Assembly: GCA_000934665.2 (NCBI GenBank)
Contig: KZ538136.1
Span: 1 to 64,000, forward strand
Direction: 5' to 3'
Origin: Catajapyx aquilonaris
Lineage: Eukaryota
DNA length: 64,000 bases
The position numbers and the translations under genes were made by a program. Each line of letters starts with the position of its first letter. Position 1 is the first letter of the stretch. This document shows positions 54,357 to 64,000 of this stretch, piece by piece. The notes beneath the pieces are model-generated. The model was not told the DNA's origin and ran no database searches. It saw only the letters and a program-made list of their open reading frames with translations.

Positions 54357-54417
<61 letters not shown>
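54357..54417. repeat. (AAT)n microsatellite, ~20 units (the SINE tail)
   Basis: Seen directly; explains the poly-Ile ORF 54343..54705. Confidence 0.97.
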
Positions 54418-54734
54418 CCTTGGGTAGTACCTGACCCTGGGGTATGCGGCACGGACCTTTATTGTAACTTGTAGTACATAGTACAGTGAGACCATATGAA
54501 ACGTCCGGGCCCACGCCACGGGCAGAGAGGAGGGGATGTGCAAGGTGCAGTGCAATGTCTCATGTGTGGTCGTTTTGTGAACTCCCCCGGGTGGTTTGTC
54601 TATTGGAGACCCGAGACGAAGCCATGACAGCCTAACTCTGCACGAGATGAAGGGGATGTCCCCGGGCTGGGATCGAACCCGGGACCTTAACATCCGTGGG
54701 CGCATACGTTACCGCAGCACCACTCCGCCTCCCT
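54357..54734 (-). mobile_element. Full-length tRNA-derived SINE with (ATT)n tail and target-site duplication
   Basis: Minus-strand head GGGAGGCGGAGTGGTGCTGCGGTAACG...GGTCCCGGGTTCGATCCCAGCCCGGG with A-box-like TGGTGCTGCGG (54712-54722) and B box GGTTCGATCCC (54669-54679). About 315 bp of head plus body, then an (ATT)~20 tail at 54357-54417. Flanking direct repeat actattac(g/t)gtata at 54339-54352 and 54735-54748. Confidence 0.85.
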
Positions 54735-57700
54735 ACTATTACTGTATAACGTGCGCCGTGCAAGGGAGCAATGGAGTTCTAAGTAGCCTAAAACTTTTAG
54801 TATATTCCCCTTCTATCATACATACAGTATTACTATTTCATGCACGTGTTAAATATGCAAGCTCGGTAATATCATGCTTGCAAGCTGGTGTGTTGCTTGT
54901 AGCCTGCCAATCGCTGTCAGAGGAGCCAAATGCTGCCGGATTACCGGATAATCTCTCACACATGCTTCAAGTATCAAATGAGAGGAATTTTTCTGCCTCA
55001 CCCTGTATACAGTATATCCTTATTAGATAGTAAAATTTGGGTAATAGTTCTTTTAAATTAGCAATGTACAGTACATCTAGCAGTAATTCTTTGGGTAAGC
55101 AAAATTTTTAACTATGGCAAATGTTCAGTTACGAGGTAAGCATAATTATAACCAGCAAAAAATGGCTCCTTCATTATCTCAGGTAAAATTAAAATTAACT
55201 AACATTTTAGACTAGAGACACTTTGCAAGTTCTGCCTTAAATCCTAAAACCCATTCATTCCACCTGCGAGAGCAAAAAAAATCGCGCGGCAAAAAAGTCC
55301 GGATAGTGTATCACACCTGCTGACGCACAAAGAGCAGAGAGTGAGGTGTCATGTCACCGGGCACGACAGCCAACCTAAGTGAGTACATCACTCTCTCCGT
55401 CCATCCTTCTGCCAGTCCATTAGCAACCCGAAACCCCCCCCCCCTACCTCCCTCTGCGAACAGGTCCTGAGGCTGTCCAAGACTTGCGCGAGGACAGTCC
55501 GGTGGGTTAGCCTTGATTCCCTTCGCCCAGGTCAGCGCCAGAGCCTGTCGCACCGGAGGCTTAACGACCTGTAAATGGAGCCGCGAGCCCGGGAATGGCA
55601 TCCCTGTCATCCCCGTTCACTGCTTCCACCCCCCGGTTAATGGCCAACTCCGGAACCCAGGGATGCCCGGATCCCCAAGGGCACCCTAGCTGCAGACGCC
55701 CCGCCACGCTGTACTGCATGCCAGCCTCAACCCCGAATTACGGCCGTCATCTTGCTACTCGTAACTGTTATGGGCGCCAGTCTCCTCAGCAGCGAGATCC
55801 TCCCCCCCCCTCCCTCTTCCACCACCCCGGATGAACGCCTACCGGTGCTGCCACCATCCAGCCCTCCAGATTTCCCGCACAGATCGAGGCATCGCCTCAG
55901 GATTCGCCCACTACGGGTCCGCAGCCAGACCCCACACCTCGCTCCTGGGGGATACACTGGCTTTTACGACCTTCTTCGTGCCATCATCACAAGTCTTCAT
56001 CGCTCTCGACCACGACCAACTGCCTGTTTAACTCAGGCGCCGCTGCCTCCTTAGGACCAATTGTTCGCCGGCCCTCTAATTCCTCCTAGCTGCCCTACGC
56101 TCCACACTACTTCCAGCCGGCACAACAGATAATCACTTTCATCCTGAGTTCTAGGCAGCCGCATGACTGTTCAACGGCTGGCTTGTATTGCAGGATGAAC
56201 TGTGGGGGGTTCTTACTAATCGGCAGCAAGCTGCCAACTATCAATATTATTGGCTGTACATGTGTGGGCCGGAATCAGGAGCAACGGATTACAGAGAGCC
56301 TATTATGGAATCATAATATTGGTGTACAAAACACTGTAACATGACCAATCCATTTAATGTAATGCTTTGATTTAGGTTAATTATCTCAGTGATTGACGAC
56401 ATTAAAATATTAATTATAGTTCAAACGTGTCTTTTTATCCCCATTCTGACCTTTATGCATATTTATTTAATTTGAAAGAGAAGTTCAAGTGCCATAATAA
56501 TTATATACGATCTTTCCTGATGTCACGAATATAATGTAATTATTTTTGGATAGTAAATATGTTTTCATAACCCTTCTTTGACAAACTATGGACCGAAATT
56601 TGACACTGAAAACTAACTAGCCATTAGTAGGCCTACATTTGCCCGATGACATTGACGTGCACAATAACGCAAAAGGGCTCAATGTAAAACCTTTTATTAT
56701 CAATAACCATTATTTTAAAAACATCTACGTCACTGTCTCATTCCAAAACTTCATTCTTGCGTATCTAATTTCGAGAAAATTATTGCTTTACACCCCCTGT
56801 CAACGCATAAAAATTTCTTGTTTATAGGCTATAACTCTCTTGAACAGAGAATGAATATTCAGAGAAATATCTTACCCCTGCCTTACCGGATATGACATTG
56901 CTTGACAACAGAACAATGTTACGGTATTTGGGACTAACAAATTGGTATATTATGAAGGCTAAACTGATGGGTGTAATGCATTCCATCTATAGTGAGTATA
57001 CATTTTTAAATAAAAAATGAGGCAACAGGCGCAGATGCTTGTCAGGACTGCAGTTAATAAAAATCAGGACAAAACGCGTGTCACATTTCGGTTGGGTTAA
57101 TAACCCTTGTTTGCACAGTGGAATTTTCAGCGTACATTCACGTGTCCTTTTCTATCCTTTTGGCCACAATATCGACCTGCACGAGATCGTTTCATGTAAC
57201 GAATTCACACAAGCACCCGACAGACGTTGCACGCTTATCGCCCTGCACAATCAGTTCTAAGGCGTTTGCCAGTCAAGTACATTTTTCAAGCCCTACCCCC
57301 AACAGCGCTATTCGAATTCCAACTGCAATTAACGTTCCCTACACTGGTAATAAACCACTAGATGTAATATTTTGTACCTGCCAATATGGAAACTGGCACT
57401 AGATTTGGATGGTCGCCATGGTATTTTTTCCTCGTGTATTTTTTTATTCTGAGGAATCCAGGGCTATGTTACTCTCGAGTCCCATCGCTCCGTAACTTGT
57501 TAGGCGCCTGGGAAAGATCGTGCCTTCGCCTCCCTTATCCGCCTTCATAAAAATTATGAATATCGCCGCTCTGGATCGCGTTCCAAGGAGTTGGGGGCTG
57601 AATTACGAGGCAGCGCCTGTTGTGGCCTCCGTTCCCTTTTCTCTTCCATGGCCACAGCTTTTCTTGGCCCTACATCGATGCAATATTCCATTCTTCACGC

Positions 57701-60700
57701 ATAATTTTCGTCTCGTCATATTACTCGCATATTTTGTAACTAAAATATTACAGGAGCATCGATTCTGTTCTAGTTTTTGCTGCGTGGTATATGGGAGTAG
57801 GAAAATGTCTCGGAAAGTGTCGTAATTCTCTTTTTTTCCTCCTTTCCGTTGGAATGCATTATAAATTCTGTATCAAGAGCGGCGACACTGCAGTATATAA
57901 CCGAGGTCTTAGATATTTCTGAGAAGCGCTACCGTGCAAAAATAATACTATCGACCTTTGGCGATCACGGAAATTAACCACTTTTTCCCCCACGGTAGTT
58001 AAAAACTGTCTGAAGAAATTAACAAGTCCATTTACATTTGAAGCATTTTACTTTTGGGCGCACTCTTCTTTTTCAATCATTCCAGCTAGGAAACACTCCC
58101 AAGGATTCATTTGCCTACAATCTGGCCATGAATTATGCATACCTGGGGCCATTACCTCAATTTTACAAATACAGATGAAGTCGTTGGCAAAGTTTCGGAG
58201 ACCTTACGGCATCGTGATGACGTGGCTTCAAATCAGAGTCTTCTCTATTAGTCTGCAGGAGGCGAGATAAAGCAAAACCAACCTCTGCTGCATGCTAATT
58301 AGCGCCTTGAGCTTAAGTGTGTACAAGTGTCTCGCAAACGTTTTCATTTCCGTTCGTTAAGAGGCGTTAGATATCCCAGCCTTGGAGGCTTTTCACCTTT
58401 TCCCTCCGTTTCATTATCACTACTGGAATCGCAAAACCGGATCCGGCAGTAAAAGAGGCAAATAAAAGCGAAAAGCTTCTGCGAGAATCGCGGGGACCTG
58501 GCTTGTGATGGGAATGGGCAAAATAGCCATTCCTAGGGACCTAGGCCGCATCGATCTCGGCCATTGCTAATGGGCGCTGGTGTCTTCGCTAACTAACTCT
58601 CACCCTAACCTCGCCCACACTTCCGCTGCACTTCCCTCATCACCACCTTCCAGGCTGGGGGTGGGTGGGTTCAGATGCCGTCGATACCACACCACGTCAC
58701 CCTCTGGTCAGGAAATGGAGTCAGGAATTTGCAGGAAGTGTGCCAGTCCTGTTGACGACGTAATCTGGCAACATGCGCCTACCTTACCGCGGGGATGTTC
58801 TCAACTTGCCTCCAGAGTCCCCTTTTTTACCCTCCCAACTGACCCCGTAGTGCGCGATAGGTAAAGTGGATCAGAATATAAAAGATAAAAAAGGGCTTCC
58901 AGGGCAAAGGGAAATGTATGGCCGTTCTTTACCAAAATCAAGCCTCAGAGACCATCCGTTCCTTTCATTGCTGTCGTGGGCACAGTCTAGTGCTGGAAAT
59001 TCTGCAGAACGAATCCGCAGATGCCGAAATTTTTCTTCCTCTCTGGGTTCTAGGCCTCTCCCCCCCAGTAATGGCCCCAGTGCAATCAGCAAAAGCTACA
59101 CTGAAATCTATGGATTTTCCATTACAAGATGGATGGCGGTTTCTTCTGACCCGGGCCACATTGGCAGCTCTTTCTCCGCACCCGAGTTGACCGAAATTGA
59201 ACTTCCACGTCCGGGGGATCCAGTGTCACCAAGAAAGAGCGCCAACATCTTCACCGGAGACAGTGTTATAAATTCACTATCGACAAATGACCCCCTCTCC
59301 TAACGGGCCATTTTTATCCCGGAAAATGCGCACCGGTGCCACACACCCATACAAAAAGGAGCGCGCTTTTGTGCGACAATCCATTTGTACACATACATAT
59401 TAACATGCAAAACACGACACAAACATTTTGTCACATGCTGACGAATAAACCACATAAACGAAAATGATGTTACGCACTGATGCATGGAGATGGAGAACGA
59501 CATGTTCCAACTCCCAATACCCCAAAATAAATTAGGTGTTTATCTGAAGGTCGTGTGAAAATCATTACGCTTATGCAGACTGAATCCCCCACAATAAACC
59601 CATTAAATAAGCTCGTTTCGGAATCCATTGTGAGTGAAGTGACAGTGTAGTTAGAAACTAATTGGTTTATAATGGCTTTCAATATACCGTTTACCCGCAT
59701 TCATACAAAAGAACGCTATCGATTACGATCCTACAAGTGCAAACTTTAGTCGACAGTTGTCAACACGTAATGACGGTTTTGTTCCGAACATAAAGACGCA
59801 AACACAACTTGTTTGCTAACTATCATTAGTCCATGCCATGATTGAAGTGCTCATTGTCAGTCTCTAAGCGAAAAACAATCCATATTTACAAGCACTATAA
59901 TCTCTCTGGCTATTTATAGCAAATGGAGCAAATACACGATTCTAATTAATTGCCTGGCAAAATCTTGTTACAAAACCCTTGATCGCAAGGAAATCCACAG
60001 TTTCCGTCCTTATTTACCATGATCTTCAAACAGGAGTTTCAAGTAGGCTCCTATTGACATTACTTCCCCGCTTCTACCAGTAACAGATTGACCTTCCTCT
60101 GGTAAACACTAGATGGTTTCCGAGATTACCACTCTTAATATTGATGAGCAAAATGCCGTTCCTCCCCCATCTCTCTCCATCTTTCCACCCTAATTCCCGA
60201 GGTCTTCAATCCGTAACCGCCAAATGGGGGGACTCGGCACTTCTCTCCTAATCACCACCTGCTCCAAACAACAACCTCTAACCCTCGCTATGAGAATCGA
60301 AAAGCCGGCTAGAAGCAGGAAAACGGCGAGGAGCCTAGAGAGAGAGAGAAGCCTGCCCGCGAGGATGAGAGTGGAAGGAAGAGGGTGGAGGGAAAATCCC
60401 TTTTCTGCCACCCAAACTCGGCTAATTTCGTTGCATGTCGCTCGTCAACCTTACCCGTTCGCCAATAGAAGTGGGACTAGTTGGCGGGAAACCCTCTGAA
60501 CCCACCAATGAAAATGGGCGTGGGTAATGCCGCTGGGTTACCCCCCTCCTTTTGCTATAAATCCCACTCAGCATCATTTGGGTTGGAGCCAAATGCTCCG
60601 ACTTTCGGTCACCACTTGGGATAACCTCCCTCTCCTTAATTAAAAAAAGCATGGAATGGAAACAAAATTATGGAAACGCTTTTTTTTGGCTTCTGGCATG

Positions 60701-63700
60701 TAGACGTTGGTTCCCAGTATTTCATATTGTCACCTCCAGCCGTTTGCTGGAACACTCAGAAGGGAAATGGCACCGAGGTGACTACCAAGAAAGTTTTCTT
60801 AAAGCACGTGCATGGTTAAATTATTACATGAAGGCTTTCCACATCTCAACTTGCCAGCAACTTCTCACATGTATAGCTAATATTTGGGTGCAAAATAAGC
60901 CTCCCTCTCCTGCGTTTAAAAATATAAAGGTTTACTTATTTAACAAAACAGGGCAATCACTCTCACTCTTCCTACCACACTCAACAGTATATCTGGCGGA
61001 GATGTTCCCATTGACTAGTATAACAACAGCAGCTAGTGTTTATTCAGGGATTGTGAATAAGTAACAAAGAAATCAATAGCATGGCTCGTAGTTCGTTCAA
61101 CTTTACATGCACTTTTAAACCGAATTACCAATGCATCAACTACACCGATGCAGTGAGGGAAAATTACCAGTTCGAAGCTCCCGTTTTCTACACCTTGTTA
61201 TTCTCTCTTATTTCAGTTGCAAAAGTGCAGGTTTTCTGTATTTGGCCACTATAAATGTAAAAAGGAAAGAAATATTATATTACTGCTCTTATTGCAATAT
61301 TTACTGTAGCCTGTATGCTTGTAGTAGATTTCGTAGTGGGAACATAACAGTACATAGCCTACTGCAGTTGAAGTGTCCAAAATAATACTACAGTATATAA
61401 AATCCATCCTTTTGGACTCTTCAATAATTTATTGCAATTCCTTGATATTTATGGTTAGGCGAATTAGGTAAAATACCATTAAAAACCACTGGTGCTTCCA
61501 TCTGGCGGATAAAAATGTGAAAACTTTTTTGACGTATAGGCTGCATTGTTCACTATACACTATTTCCATTTGGCTCTTCATACTTCAGACATGCTTTTTG
61601 GTTAGGCCTATGTAGCTGTAGCACAATAATTAGTTTGAGAAAGTGCACCAACCGAAATGACTCTTGAGATAAACTCTTGATTAAGTTCGAATTCCCCTCT
61701 GATTGCATTGATTCCTTACAAAGTCCACTAATTTCAAGTGATTCTTGAAGTCGTTCTCGTTGGGTTATTCCATGGCCGTCGCTAACGGCTAGGCCCACAT
61801 TTTTCACTGGGTGAGTAATTCCAGATATTATAGCCGTCATCTGCCAGCAGCAGTTTCCTTGGCCAGAATTGCCACTCTGGCAAGCAGAAGCACTTGGTTA
61901 GGAGCGACTTTGAGCACGCACACGTGCCTTTCATTTCCATTTTTCCCCTGGAGCCTCTCTTTTCCCTACGCTAGCAGAGGTACCAAAGGCAATTAGAACC
62001 CGTGGGCTCGACGACGTGTGAACGAGAGGAAGCCATTCTCTCAGGTCGTTAGGCAGCCCCCAATTATTTCCACAGCTGGGAAAAATCGGCGTGCTGGGTA
62101 CAAATACAAGTTCGACTTGCGTAGGGTGTGGAAAGTGTACAAGTGATGGGGCAAACCAAAAATCCGGCTCGCACACATATGGGCAGGGGAACCGGAGCGT
62201 AACGATCTGGAGATTACCGCGCACAAACACCAGTTGGATAGTGGCGTTACCTGACGCTGTACATGGCAGTCGGAATAAACATGGAGTGGGTGAGGCTAAT
62301 ATTGAGCGTTCCTCGTCGTCATGTACAGCGCTCAGAATCTCATAATGTTGGTAATGCGCTGACAAATTTCGTCGCAGCATAATTAGGGCTGGCTGATGCC
62401 GAGCCACCATTGCCTACAGTACTGTATGTCACGCTATTCCTGTGATTTGTCCTCTGTACCGCCTTTTCCAGGCGTATATTGCTCCTGGCAGCGGATGCAG
62501 AATTTGCAAACTAAAGTGTTAGTTCACCGAAAACGTGGCAGAAGCCCAGCACGCTGTGATACTCATCTGCATCCGATCTATAAGTCTAGGTACACAACTG
62601 GCTACTAGTATGAAATTAGAATAGCTCCCATTCACTTATTTTCCAAAGTTAATATGTAGGCTATTGTTTTGTGCCAAGTGTTGAAAATGTGACTGCTTTA
62701 TTATGCAAAATGCGGACATATCATTCGAATAACATTTCGATATTTTCGGAAAGAGAGAACAATGGTCCAAAACCAATCGCCAGTTGACAATTTTTTCCAC
62801 GATAATACCAGTCCGATATGAAGTACAGTACATTCTACCTATATACTCCGATAGATTAAATTTCCAATGGCCTCACATTTCTTGCAATTGTGGTTTGGTT
62901 AGCAGAGGTGGCGCAATTTGGAACTTTTAAAAAAATCCTAATAGAAAGTTTGTTCGCATGTGTTTGGAGAGATTGCTTTTCAAATAAATTGAATTAAAAA
63001 TTGCAACGAGGTTTTTACCCTCTCAAACTACGGCATTGCAAATTTCAAAATATTCACCAAAAATACTATGTTTTGTTCGGCATTATATTGTGCTTACAAC
63101 ATTCCATTTCATACGCGTTCATGTTTCGCAATAGAATTACCTTTACTGTATATAATACGGCCGGATGCTTGCAAGCTCCGCCTCGGTCTACTGTGTACAT
63201 TCCGGAAATTTTGGACCACTTTTCGGAAACTTTCCGCCCGTTCCCCGCCTAACCACTGTAAAACAAACCGAAAGACAAAATCTGGTTAGAATCTGCAGAC
63301 TTGGTCAGTTCAAACAAAAGAAGTGTTCCCCTGCTGGGTTTGGCCTCCCCACCATTGATTTCAGGCCAGATTCACACTCCAAATATGGGCAGCAGACTGG
63401 GCACCATAATGCAACACAAGGGAGCTTGAGGCACTCTACTGGGCAGAAGAACCACGTGTTCCCCCGCCCTCCTGCTCCCATCCTCCCCTTTTCCACCCTG
63501 CCCTCACTCTCCCTTCACCCTTCCACCCATCCATCCATCAGGAGAGAGACGCCTGAGTGCTCCCCTCCGCCTGTGCAAAGAAGCAACACTCCAGCTAACG
63601 AGGGTGCTGCCTGCCCATTGGCCAAATGGGAAGGCCTGCTCTCTACTCCACAAACCTCACGCAATTTATTACCTGCCTTCGGCTCAACTCGACCAAGAAA

Positions 63701-64000
63701 AACTTCCCAATTGGGAGGGATCTCATGGCGGGAATGTACAGCAAACCACAGTACTCCCTGCGAGATAGACTCTGTCCCGGTATGTGTTTTAAGTTTTAAC
63801 AACGGCGGGGGTTCGCCCAGGCTATTGATAGGCACATCATTATTTTGCGGCCCAGCACACTTTGCCAAATTTGTGAGCTGGAAAGTGTGAGACCAAACTT
63901 TCCCATCTCAACATTTGACGGAATCCGGCGGAAACTCTCCCTTGTTTCATTACGATACCATTTTCCCTCTTTTATGGGCTTCTGTTGCACCGCATTAACA

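Larger units (their letters stand above)
1886..64000 (-). other. Probable very large upstream intron of the beat gene (5' end not located; may end inside the window at an unrecognised exon)
   Basis: The Ig exon starts in phase 1 and needs an upstream signal-peptide exon. I found no ATG-initiated hydrophobic exon with a phase-1 donor and no other recognisable gene. The extent is inferred. Confidence 0.55.

Noticed and set aside
54660..54734. Functional tRNA gene
   Set aside because: Pol III boxes are present, but there is no convincing acceptor stem or cloverleaf, and the sequence continues into a body, tail and TSD, so it is a SINE.
54343..55030. ORFs 54343..54705 (-) and 54596..55030 (+)
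   Set aside because: They are read-throughs of the SINE and its (ATT)n tail.
60190..60411. Minus-strand ORF with a hydrophobic stretch (LLSLSRLLAVFLLLAGFSILIA) as the missing beat signal-peptide exon
   Set aside because: It starts at GTG, not ATG. The hydrophobicity comes from a purine-rich (GA) tract on the plus strand. The better nearby donors (gttaga, gtggtg) are phase 0, whereas phase 1 is required; the only phase-1 GT (gttgtt) is poor.
62900..62916. CTCF-like motif (cagaggtggcgc; similar words near 1980 and 61500)
   Set aside because: Partial matches only, lying next to repeat-like AT-rich DNA; not supportable without a PWM scan or ChIP.
63165..63890. Longest ORF (241 aa, +)
   Set aside because: No recognisable domain, low-complexity Pro/Ser composition from C-rich DNA, and no splice support.
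1..64000. Prokaryotic systems (operons, CRISPR arrays, defence islands) or an autonomous transposase/RT ORF
   Set aside because: The sequence is intron-containing eukaryotic DNA. No regularly spaced direct repeats and no transposase, reverse-transcriptase or integrase motifs appear in the ORF track.

Overview
Eukaryotic, almost entirely non-coding DNA, most likely from an arthropod; the species cannot be fixed from the sequence. The only convincing coding sequence is a 206-nt minus-strand exon (1885->1680) encoding the first half of the N-terminal Ig domain of a Beaten path (Beat)-family neuronal recognition protein, with canonical splice sites. The other ~62 kb upstream looks like one very large intron, since I found no credible signal-peptide exon. 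It contains a full-length tRNA-derived SINE with an (ATT)n tail, a second decayed SINE head, a small TIR element, microsatellites and short hairpins. Nearly all other ORFs in the track look like chance ORFs. Two signals stand out. (1) Short TA-flanked words (TAGGCCTA, TAGGCTA/TAGCCTA, TACAGTA/TACTGTA) are in strong excess and read like DNA-transposon excision footprints; one appears to interrupt the SINE's target-site duplication. (2) Several gene-sense 'polypyrimidine-AG|GTAAGT/GTATGT' junctions in the intron look like recursive-splicing ratchet points. All motif counts are by eye and all expectations are rough hand estimates.
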